Source: Caulobacteraceae bacterium
GTDB taxonomy: Bacteria > Pseudomonadota > Alphaproteobacteria > Caulobacterales > Caulobacteraceae
DNA length: 64,000 nucleotides
NCBI GenBank assembly: GCA_052441165.1
Contig: JBQVQW010000014.1
Location: forward strand, 799-64,798
Reading direction: 5' to 3'
This document shows, in pieces, positions 20,452 to 28,485 of this stretch. The notes beneath the pieces are model-generated. The model did no database searches, was not told the DNA's origin, and was given only the letters and a program-made list of their open reading frames with translations. Position numbers and translations under genes: made by a program. Each line of letters starts with the position of its first letter. Position 1 is the first letter of the stretch.

Positions 20452-20739
20452 ATGGAACAGGCCCGGACACGCTCGCTGAAATCTCTCCGCTGGATCATTT
20501 TCAGCATCTGGCTGGCCACGGCGCTCTTAGCCCTGACCTTCGCCCTTGCGCCTGCCCTGTCGGCGCTGGGGCTTCCGCCCGAGCGCGTCACCTTCACCCC
20601 CGCCATGATCACCGGGCTGCCGTGGACCCTTCCGCTGCTGTTTCTTGATCTGGACTCGGTGACCAATCTGGCGATCATTTTCGTCGCCCACCTGCTGAAC
20701 ACGCCGATTGGACTGATGCTGGCCCGGAGCGACGATTGA
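20452..20739 (+). CDS. Small hypothetical membrane protein
   Basis: 95-aa ORF with 2-3 hydrophobic segments, filling the gap before a terminator. Confidence 0.55.
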   Translation: MEQARTRSLKSLRWIIFSIWLATALLALTFALAPALSALGLPPERVTFTPAMITGLPWTLPLLFLDLDSVTNLAIIFVAHLLNTPIGLMLARSDD

Positions 20740-20774
20740 GAAAGGGCCCCGACGCGAACGCCGCGGCCCCTTTC
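20740..20774. terminator. Bidirectional intrinsic terminator
   Basis: gaaagggcc...ggcccctttc hairpin between convergent genes. Confidence 0.6.
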
Positions 20775-20791
20775 ATTTCAGTCCGACCGGA

Positions 20792-21589
20792 TCAGCGGTT
20801 CAGGTCGTAGATGCCGGTGATGTCGATCCGGACCGTCAGCTCGCCGGCCGAAACCGCAGTACCGCCGGAGTCCATCGCCATTTCGGCGCGGGCGTACATC
20901 ATCGGGCGCGGCGGCTGGGGCGCATAGCCGCCGCCTTCCGACAGCGAGCGGATGCCGCCCAGGTCGACGCCGAGGGCCTGCGAGTACAGGGCCGCCTTGG
21001 CCTGCAGGTTGCGCACGGCGATCTGGCGCGCCTGGTTCTCGGCAGCCGTCGGATCCTTCAGACCGAAGCTGATGCCGTTGATCTGGTTCACCCCGGCGGC
21101 GACGACGGCGTCGGCGGTCGAGCCGACCTTCGTCAGGTCGTTGATGATGACCGTGACCTGGTTGGTCGCCTGGTATCCCCGAAGGCGCGGCGGCTCGTTC
21201 TGGACATAGTCATACTGGGCCGAGAGGTTCAGGCCCGAGGTCTGGACATCGCGCTCGGAGATGCCGGCGCGGCGGAGGGCGGCCATGACCTGGTTCATCC
21301 GCGTGGCGTTCTGGCTCATCGCCTCCGCGGCGGTGTTCGCCTCGGTGACCACGGCGAAGTTGATCGTGGCCATGTCCGGCGCGGCCTTGACCTCGCCATA
21401 GGCGGACAGGTTCAGCGACGGGCGTTCGGTCACGGCCTGGATGGTCAGGGGCGAGCCTCCTTGCGGCTGGGACTGGGCATGGGCAGCCGGGGCGGCCGCC
21501 AGCAGTGCAGCCGTCGCCATCAGGGCGCCGCCCATCATCAGGGCGCGACTGGAAACGGCGGAGAGGGAAACGGCGGCGGCGCGGGGCAT
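20792..21589 (-). CDS. SIMPL (DUF541) domain protein
   Basis: LNLSAYGEVKAAPDMATINFAV, DVQTSGLNL, GYQATNQV, AGVNQINGISF. AGGAG RBS before ATG 21589. Confidence 0.92.
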   Translation of the reverse strand: MPRAAAVSLSAVSSRALMMGGALMATAALLAAAPAAHAQSQPQGGSPLTIQAVTERPSLNLSAYGEVKAAPDMATINFAVVTEANTAAEAMSQNATRMNQVMAALRRAGISERDVQTSGLNLSAQYDYVQNEPPRLRGYQATNQVTVIINDLTKVGSTADAVVAAGVNQINGISFGLKDPTAAENQARQIAVRNLQAKAALYSQALGVDLGGIRSLSEGGGYAPQPPRPMMYARAEMAMDSGGTAVSAGELTVRIDITGIYDLNR

Positions 21590-21817
21590 GGGAGGCTCCT
21601 TGAGAAACGGACTGATCGTTCGGACACCTTCATGGGCGTCCGTGGCTGAACCTTGACCGCAAACGCCTGAACGCGTGGTCAGGCGCCATTGGCAGGATCC
21701 GTTCATCGGCGTGAAATCACCGACAGGTCCGCGTCCGTCGCATGACGACCGTCCGGCACTTGGCAAGGCGCAGCGCAGCCTGCTAGGCGGGTCATCCGCC
21801 GACGCACCGCGCACCGG

Positions 21818-21890
21818 GGGCCTGTAGCTCAATGGTTAGAGCCGACCGCTCATAACGGTCTGGTTGGGGGTTCGAGTCCCTCCAGGCCTA
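21818..21890 (+). tRNA. tRNA with CAU anticodon, probably tRNA-Ile2 (lysidine); CCA not encoded
   Basis: GGGCCTG/CAGGCCT acceptor stem, TAGCTCAATGGTTAGAGC D arm, GACCG-CTCATAA-CGGTC anticodon arm, GGTTCGAGTCC T arm. C4/C5 favour Ile2 over Met. Confidence 0.92.
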
Positions 21891-21909
21891 CTCGGCGGCG
21901 CCCACGGGT

Positions 21910-23406
21910 TTACCGCCCCCACCAGCCGTTGCCGCCGCCGCGGTTCCAGCGGTCGTCGCCACGATAGCGATCATCCCGGATGTAGCGGCCGTCGCGGTCG
22001 TACCAGCCGTAGCCGTCGCGATACTCGTCATAGCCGTCCAGGCGATGACCATCGTCGTAGTATTCGAACCCGAGCAGGCCGTCTTCCTGACCCCACCATT
22101 CGCGCGGATAGGAGCCGTAGGTGCAGGTCCAGCCCTCGCCCTGACGCCAGTAGGGCTCGTAGCGGCCGCGATAGCGATCACGGAACTGCGGGCGACAGAC
22201 ATGCTGGGACCAGACGCGATTGCCGCGGGCTTCGACGCTGGCGCGGGGCTCGGCGTAGATCACGTCACGGACGCCGGCGAAGACGTTGTTCACAATCACC
22301 GCGTGGCCCGCCGCGGCCGCGACGCCGATGCCATTGGCGCGGATCCGGCTGTCCGTCAGGCGCAGCTCGCCACTGTACAGGACCGCGCCCTTGTCGGAGC
22401 GGCAGATGCGGCTGTTGTTGACCGTCAGGGATGCACCTTCGACGACCACCCCCTCGGTGAACCCGCAGATGGCGGTGTTGTCGACCTCGACCCGTCCGTA
22501 ATCGCGGCCCGAGCGGACCGCCAGACCGATGGAGCGCGGGCCGAAATTGTTCGGCGTGTTCGTTCCCTTCAAGGTCGTCGCCGAAATGCGCGACGTCTGG
22601 CCGCCGGTCGGAACGATCTCCATGCCGGAGTGGGCGCCGGTGACCGTCAGCTCCCAGGCGTTCAGCACGGCGCCGTCGGCGACGATGGCCGGGGCGATGG
22701 TCTGGGCGTCCAGCACGGCGTTGCGGATGTCCAGCAGGCCGCCGTCGACGTAGATGGCAGCCTCGTCGCCGGCGTGGTGGAAGCCCACACGGTTCATGAC
22801 GATGTCGGCGCCATAGCCGACGATGCAAGCCGCGTCGCCCGCGCGCGGCGAACCGAACACCATGTCGCGAATCTCAACGCGAACGCCTGAGGCGACGGTC
22901 ATGCACGGCAGGCCGTCCGGCGCCTGAAGGGTCGGCTCGGAGTTGCGGGCCCAGTCGCGCGGGTCGAAGCCGCCCTCGCCGATGACAGTCAGAGGCTTGT
23001 CGATGTTCAGCCAGCCTACGCAGGCCCCGCCCCGCGCCCGGATGATCAGCGTGCCGCCCGGCCGGACGCGGCGGACCGCATCCTCAACCGCCCCGGTACC
23101 CGGATTGCCGCCGCAGTCGACCAGCACGACTTCTTCACCGCCGGGACGGCCCGGATGATAGCCGGGGCGCCAGTCGGGACGGTGCGTGCCGTAGTCGTAG
23201 CGGCGTTGCGGACGGCGTTGCCGGTAGCTGCGGGTCGGCGGGTCCAGCAGGACGCCGAAGTTGGGGCGGCTCTGGCTTTCGACCTTGGCCGCGACCTGGG
23301 CGCTGGCGCCGGGGGCGTCGAGCAGGGCGAACAGGCCGACAGCGCCCGCGATGGCGACTGCGCCGCCGATGATCTTGCCGAAACCGAACGGAGACCGGGT
23401 CGTCAT
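21910..23406 (-). CDS. Secreted right-handed beta-helix (pectin-lyase-like) protein with charged/aromatic low-complexity tails
   Basis: Signal-like N-terminus; VEDAVRRVRPGGTLII...NIDKPLTVIG (typical beta-helix cap); repeating short beta strands with NN/N-x-I motifs. Confidence 0.75.
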   Translation of the reverse strand: MTTRSPFGFGKIIGGAVAIAGAVGLFALLDAPGASAQVAAKVESQSRPNFGVLLDPPTRSYRQRRPQRRYDYGTHRPDWRPGYHPGRPGGEEVVLVDCGGNPGTGAVEDAVRRVRPGGTLIIRARGGACVGWLNIDKPLTVIGEGGFDPRDWARNSEPTLQAPDGLPCMTVASGVRVEIRDMVFGSPRAGDAACIVGYGADIVMNRVGFHHAGDEAAIYVDGGLLDIRNAVLDAQTIAPAIVADGAVLNAWELTVTGAHSGMEIVPTGGQTSRISATTLKGTNTPNNFGPRSIGLAVRSGRDYGRVEVDNTAICGFTEGVVVEGASLTVNNSRICRSDKGAVLYSGELRLTDSRIRANGIGVAAAAGHAVIVNNVFAGVRDVIYAEPRASVEARGNRVWSQHVCRPQFRDRYRGRYEPYWRQGEGWTCTYGSYPREWWGQEDGLLGFEYYDDGHRLDGYDEYRDGYGWYDRDGRYIRDDRYRGDDRWNRGGGNGWWGR

Positions 23407-23421
23407 GGGATCACACCCTCC

Positions 23422-24906
23422 TTAGCGGCGCTGCGAACGGGAGACCTGGGCCAGGACGGCCTGCAGACGCCCGGCCGACGGACCGAAGCCCGACAGTGCG
23501 GAATCGATGCGCAGGGCCACCGCCTGCGCCTTGTCCTGATCGGCCACGCCGGCGACGCCCAGGGCGAAGTAGCTGGACATTGCGAACTTGGCCTCGGGAC
23601 TGCCCTGACGCGCCGCCTCCTCGAACCATTTGAAGGCGCGAGCGTAGTCGGCCGGCAGGCCGATGCCCTCGGCGTACATGACCGCCAGCACCAGCTGGGC
23701 CTCGGACGAGCCGTTGACGGCCGCCAGCTGGATCGCCCGAACGCGCTCGATGAAGGACAGGCGTCCCTCCATCGGATGACCGAGCATGGCCTCCAGCGTC
23801 TCGACCTGACGCTTCGACAGATCCTCAGGCCGCTGGGCGGCGGTGTCGGTGACGCCGAGATAACGAAGCGCCCGGCCGACGTGGATGAACGGCAGTTCGC
23901 CGGCCATGCGCGACAGCGCATACTCATAGGCGTCGCCGCGCGGACGGCTCTCGTCCGAGAAGGGCACGCCCGATTGCGGAGCCGTGTTCGGATAGAACTC
24001 GAAAGGCGGCGTCCACTGGCGCGCCTTGACCTCGACGAAGCGCTGGTACTGGGCGCGGCTGGGGGCCGAGCGCTCGAAGTCGCGCATCAACACATAGGCG
24101 CCGACGTCGCCGGTCTGCACCGCGAGGTAGTTGTAGAGATAGGCGTCGACGTCATTGCGCTGGAACAGGGCGGTGGCCGCGGGGTAGCCGCGCCGCTGAC
24201 GACGCTCGCGGTCGTTGCCGTTCTGGTTGGTGTTGCGTCCCCAGGCCTCACGGGCCTGGCGATTGTCCTCCGGCTCGCCGAACGGCCCGTAGAGGCCGTC
24301 GTGCAGGCGGGCCAGGGTGCGGTAGCCCTCGGCGTCCTGGGTCGAGAGGACATAGATCACACGGTCGCGGACCGACTCCTGTTCCTCGCGGGTCATGCCC
24401 GACAACAGGCGATCAAGTCTCGAATAGGCGTCGTGACGTTCCCACGCCCGGCAGTCGTCGTAGCGCGACAGCGGACGCCAGCCGCCCCAGCCGCCGCGAT
24501 CCACGCGGTTTATCGGGGCATAGCCCTCGTCGTTCGCCAGCGCCATGGCATACCAGGTGGCGCTCTCGATCGGATCCTCGATGTTCTTGTCGGTGGCGCG
24601 GACGGCGGCGTATCGCGAGCCAAGCTCGAGCTGGGCGAAGAAGTCGTTCTGGAAGGCCGCGCGACGCAGGGCGCGCAGGCCTGTCTCCTGGGCGTTGAAC
24701 TCCGAACCCGTCATCGATGCCGGACGCGGACAGCTGTTGCCCCTCGCGTCCGCACCCTGCCAGAAGCGCACGCCGCCCTGGTCGCCGCATGACGCGACCG
24801 TCAGGGCCGCCAGCGCGAGCACGCCGGCGACGGCGGCGATTGCGATCGGGCCACGGGACCGACCGGAGCCCGCGCGTCCTTCATGCTTCCGTTCGCCCTC
24901 GGCCAT
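23422..24906 (-). CDS. Sel1-repeat putative lipoprotein
   Basis: Lipobox-like LTVAS-C; Sel1 repeats AQLELGSRY..., AQLVLAVMYAEGIGLPADYARAFKWFEEAARQG and SPEAKFAMSSYFALG. GAGGGG RBS before ATG 24906. Confidence 0.85.
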   Translation of the reverse strand: MAEGERKHEGRAGSGRSRGPIAIAAVAGVLALAALTVASCGDQGGVRFWQGADARGNSCPRPASMTGSEFNAQETGLRALRRAAFQNDFFAQLELGSRYAAVRATDKNIEDPIESATWYAMALANDEGYAPINRVDRGGWGGWRPLSRYDDCRAWERHDAYSRLDRLLSGMTREEQESVRDRVIYVLSTQDAEGYRTLARLHDGLYGPFGEPEDNRQAREAWGRNTNQNGNDRERRQRRGYPAATALFQRNDVDAYLYNYLAVQTGDVGAYVLMRDFERSAPSRAQYQRFVEVKARQWTPPFEFYPNTAPQSGVPFSDESRPRGDAYEYALSRMAGELPFIHVGRALRYLGVTDTAAQRPEDLSKRQVETLEAMLGHPMEGRLSFIERVRAIQLAAVNGSSEAQLVLAVMYAEGIGLPADYARAFKWFEEAARQGSPEAKFAMSSYFALGVAGVADQDKAQAVALRIDSALSGFGPSAGRLQAVLAQVSRSQRR

Positions 24907-24949
24907 CGATCCCCTCACCACGCCCTGACGGGCGTCCGCGCCCCAGTCC

Positions 24950-25006
24950 GTTAACCTTTGCGCGACCCGGACAGTCCGTTCCAGTTAAGGTCCTGTCAAG
25001 GTTAAC
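24950..25006. promoter_or_regulatory. CtrA-like site cluster upstream of the Sel1/beta-helix operon
   Basis: Minus strand TTGA-caggacc-TTAAC (24984-24999; one mismatch to TTAA-N7-TTAAC), plus GTTAAC half-sites at 24950 and 25001. Confidence 0.5.
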
Positions 25007-25172
25007 GCCGTTCGGCGACAAAGCGTTGCCGCACAACGGCCGTTTTGTGGCGCCTCTACAGTTTTCCACCGAATTCAACGCGCTGTTTTCGCCTGAAAGG
25101 CGAACTCATCGGCCCCTCGCGCGCCGGCGAGTGGTCCCCTATATGCGACCAACCCCGATCCGGAGCCGCCGA

Positions 25173-25667
25173 ATGTCCTACGTCGCACGTGACGACCGCC
25201 CCGCCGACAAGGCCGCCCGCTATGACGAGGTCGAACAGGAGATTCTCGCCGTTCTCGACGGCGAACCGAACCGGATCGCGAAGATGGCGACGGTGTCGTC
25301 GATGCTGGCCGACGCCTTCCCGGTCTTCTTCTGGACCGGCTTCTACGTGGTCGATGATTCGAAGTCCGACGAACTGGTGGTCGGTCCCTACCAGGGCACG
25401 CTCGGCTGTTTGCGGATCGCCTTCGGACGCGGCGTGTGCGGGACGGCGGCGGCGGCGCGCGAAACCCAGATAGTCGGGGACGTGCACGCCTTTCCCGGCC
25501 ACATCGCCTGCGACCCGCGCTCTGCCAGCGAGATCGTTGTACCGGTCGTGGATGGCTCGGGCGCTCTGATCGGGGTGTTCGACGTCGACGCGACCGAAAA
25601 GGCCGCCTTCGACGCCGTTGACGCCGCGGCGCTGGAGCGCCTGCTCGGCAAGGTGTTCGCGGCCTGA
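25173..25667 (+). CDS. msrC: GAF-domain protein, free methionine-R-sulfoxide reductase type
   Basis: FWTGFY, GPYQGTLGCLRI, GRGVCG, HIACD, SEIVVP; the three Cys typical of fRMsr are present. Confidence 0.85.
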   Translation: MSYVARDDRPADKAARYDEVEQEILAVLDGEPNRIAKMATVSSMLADAFPVFFWTGFYVVDDSKSDELVVGPYQGTLGCLRIAFGRGVCGTAAAARETQIVGDVHAFPGHIACDPRSASEIVVPVVDGSGALIGVFDVDATEKAAFDAVDAAALERLLGKVFAA

Positions 25668-25703
25668 TCATCTGCTAAGCCGTCCGGCGAACAGGAGGAC
25701 GGC

Positions 25704-26381
25704 ATGTCGGAACGGGTCATCGCAATCACAGGCGGGCACGGCGCGCTCGGAAGCGCGGTCGTTGCAGCGGCCCTGGCCGACGGCCTCAAGGTCGCGGTTA
25801 TTGACCATGCTTCGGGGCAGACCGCACCCGACGGAGTGCTCGAGCTGGGCGGCGTCGACCTGACCGACCCGGCGTCTGCTTCGAAGGCGATCGAGGCGGT
25901 CGTTGCGCATTTCGGGCGGCTGGACGCGCTGCTCAATATCGCCGGAGGCTTTGTGTGGCAGACGACGGACGACGCCGATCCTGCGTGGGCGAAGATGTTC
26001 GCACTGAATGTGACCACCGCCCTGAACGCCAGCCGCGGCGCCCTGCCCCATCTGAAAGCATCGAGCGAGGGCCGGATCGTCAACGTCGGCGCCAACGCGG
26101 CGCTGAAGAGCGCCGCCGGGATGGGAGCCTATGCAGCCTCGAAGTCGGGCGTGCATCGGCTGACCGAGAGCCTCGCTGAAGAGCTGAAATCGACGTCGGT
26201 GACGGTCAACGCCGTCCTGCCCTCGATCCTTGACACTGAACAGAACCGCATGGACATGCCCGACGCCGATCCGGCGAAGTGGGTGGCGCCTGCCGATCTG
26301 GCGCGGGTCATGCTGTTCCTCGCTTCGCCAGAAAGCCGGGCGATCACGGGCGCCCTGATCCCTGTCACCGGCAAGGTCTGA
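25704..26381 (+). CDS. SDR family oxidoreductase
   Basis: TGGHGALG, NIAGG, YAASK, VNAVLPSILDT. Confidence 0.92.
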   Translation: MSERVIAITGGHGALGSAVVAAALADGLKVAVIDHASGQTAPDGVLELGGVDLTDPASASKAIEAVVAHFGRLDALLNIAGGFVWQTTDDADPAWAKMFALNVTTALNASRGALPHLKASSEGRIVNVGANAALKSAAGMGAYAASKSGVHRLTESLAEELKSTSVTVNAVLPSILDTEQNRMDMPDADPAKWVAPADLARVMLFLASPESRAITGALIPVTGKV

Positions 26382-27205
26382 TGGCGCGCAGCGTTCTCTA
26401 TCTGCCGGCCAGCAACGCGCGCGCCCTCGAGAAGGCGCGGACGCTGCCCTGCGACGCGGTCGTGCTGGATCTCGAGGACGCCGTCGCACCGGAAGCCAAG
26501 GCAGACGCGCGCGCCGCCGCGGTCGAGGCGGTCCGGTCAGGCGGCTTCGGACCGCGCGTCGGCGTGCGGATCAACGGGCTGGACACGGAATGGGGCGGCG
26601 ACGACCTCGATGCGCTGGCGCAGACCGATGTCGGCTTCATGGTCGCGCCCAAGGTCAATGACGCCAGCGACACCCGGGTCGTTCTGGAACGCCTCCAGGG
26701 GACCACGCGGCTGTGGGCGATGATCGAGACGCCACGCGGCCTGCTGCATATGACCGAAATCGCCGCCATGCCGCGGGTCGAGGCCCTGATGCTGGGCGTC
26801 AATGATCTGTCGGTCGCGCTGGGCGCCGGCGCGTCCCCCGACCGCGAGCCGATCAAGCCGTGGATGGCATCGATGGTGGCCGCTGCGCGTGCCTATGGCC
26901 TGCTGGCCATCGACGGGGTGTTCAATCGCTTCACTGATTCAGAAGGCTTTGCCGCGGAGTGCGCCCAGGGGCGGCTGTACGGATTCGACGGCAAGAGCCT
27001 GATCCACCCGGGGCAGATCGAAGGCGCGAATGCGGCCTTCTCGCCGTCGCCGGAGGAGGTCGAGCGCGCCCGGGCGCTGGTCGCCGCCTTCACGCTTCCG
27101 GAGGCCGAGGGCAAGGGCGTGATCCGGGTGGATGGGGAGATGATGGAGCGGCTGCATCTTGCGGCGGCCGAGCGACTGCTCGCCCGTCTCGACCCGCGCG
27201 GCTGA
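26381..27205 (+). CDS. CitE/HpcH family CoA-ester lyase
   Basis: RSVLYLPA, DLEDAVAP, VRIN, MIETP, AIDGV, GFDGKSLIHPGQI. TGATG coupling to the SDR gene. Confidence 0.9.
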   Translation: MARSVLYLPASNARALEKARTLPCDAVVLDLEDAVAPEAKADARAAAVEAVRSGGFGPRVGVRINGLDTEWGGDDLDALAQTDVGFMVAPKVNDASDTRVVLERLQGTTRLWAMIETPRGLLHMTEIAAMPRVEALMLGVNDLSVALGAGASPDREPIKPWMASMVAAARAYGLLAIDGVFNRFTDSEGFAAECAQGRLYGFDGKSLIHPGQIEGANAAFSPSPEEVERARALVAAFTLPEAEGKGVIRVDGEMMERLHLAAAERLLARLDPRG

Positions 27206-27270
27206 CGCGCCTATCTATGGGTTCTCAATAAGAACGGACGCCCGTCGCGGCGCCGCAGGGAACGCATCGA

Positions 27271-28392
27271 GTGACCAAAGCCGTCATCGCCGCCACGGGG
27301 TTGTTCACCCCGGACCAATCCATCTCGAACGAGGAACTGGTCACCGCCTACAACGCCTATGCGGACCGGTTCAACGAACGCCACAGCGCCGAGATCGCCG
27401 AAGGCGAGGTCGAGGCCCTGACCCATTCATCGGTCGAATTCATCGAGAAGGCTTCGGGAATCCGGTCGCGCTTCGTGCTGGACAAGGCCGGGGTGCTGGA
27501 TCCCGAGCGGATGGCCCCGAACATTCCCGAACGCTCGAATGAAGAGCTGTCGGTGCTGGCCGAGATGGCGGTGAGGGCCGCGCAGCAGGCCATCGCGGCC
27601 TGGGGCAAACCAGCCAGCGAAATCGGAGCCGTCCTGTGCGCCGCCTCGAACATGCAGCGCGCCTATCCGGCGATGGCGATCGAGATCCAGCAGGCCCTGG
27701 GCATCGAAGGCTTCGCCTTCGACATGAACGTGGCCTGCTCATCCGCCACCTTCGGTCTGAAGACGGCGGCCGACTTCATCGGCTCGGGCTCGGTGAAGGC
27801 GGTGCTGATGGTGAACCCCGAGGTCTGCTCGGCCCACCTGAACTTCAAGGACCGCGACAGTCACTTCATTTTCGGCGACGTGGCGACCGCCGTGATCGTC
27901 GAGGCGGAGGATCAGGCCGGAGCCGGCGGCTGGGAGATTCTTGGCACGCGGCTGAAGACCAGCTTCTCCAACAATATCCGCAACAATTTCGGCTTCCTGA
28001 ACAATGCCGCACCCGAGGGCATCGGTGCGCCGGACAAGCTGTTCGTCCAGCAGGGACGGAAGGTCTTCAAGGACGTGGTGCCGATGGTGTCGGACATGAT
28101 CGTGGACCATGCAGGCGAGCTGGGCATCGATCCAGCCCGGCTGAAGCGGATGTGGCTGCACCAGGCCAACATCAACATGAACCAGTTCATCGGCCGCAAG
28201 GTGCTGGGCCGCGAGCCGGAACCGCATGAGAACGTCATCATCCTGGACGAGTACGCCAACACCTCGTCCGCCGGCTCGATTATCGCCTTCCACCTGCACA
28301 ACGACGGGTTCGAGACCGGCGACACGGGCCTGATCTGCAGCTTCGGCGCGGGCTACTCGGCGGGCACCGTTTTCGTGCGCAAACGCGGCTGA
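27271..28392 (+). CDS. fabH: Beta-ketoacyl-ACP synthase III (long, ~370-aa type)
   Basis: Catalytic triad in DMNVACSS, WLHQAN and YANTSSAGS; also IFGD and CSFGAG. Confidence 0.9.
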   Translation: MTKAVIAATGLFTPDQSISNEELVTAYNAYADRFNERHSAEIAEGEVEALTHSSVEFIEKASGIRSRFVLDKAGVLDPERMAPNIPERSNEELSVLAEMAVRAAQQAIAAWGKPASEIGAVLCAASNMQRAYPAMAIEIQQALGIEGFAFDMNVACSSATFGLKTAADFIGSGSVKAVLMVNPEVCSAHLNFKDRDSHFIFGDVATAVIVEAEDQAGAGGWEILGTRLKTSFSNNIRNNFGFLNNAAPEGIGAPDKLFVQQGRKVFKDVVPMVSDMIVDHAGELGIDPARLKRMWLHQANINMNQFIGRKVLGREPEPHENVIILDEYANTSSAGSIIAFHLHNDGFETGDTGLICSFGAGYSAGTVFVRKRG

Positions 28393-28434
28393 TGGTGGAT
28401 CGCAGCGACATCGACGCTGCATTGCGATTGATTC

Positions 28435-28449
28435 TGCGAAGCGTTCGCA
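28435..28449. promoter_or_regulatory. Putative Fur box
   Basis: Perfect inverted repeat TGCGAA-gcg-TTCGCA upstream of a heme-type TonB receptor. Resembles the Caulobacter-type Fur consensus as I recall it. Confidence 0.65.
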
Positions 28450-28485
28450 TTAATTGGACCCCACTTCTTTCAAGTGGGGCCTTTG

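Noticed and set aside
21891-25100. Genomic island integrated at the tRNA
   Set aside because: No integrase, no repeat of the tRNA 3' end noticed by eye, and codon style resembles the host.
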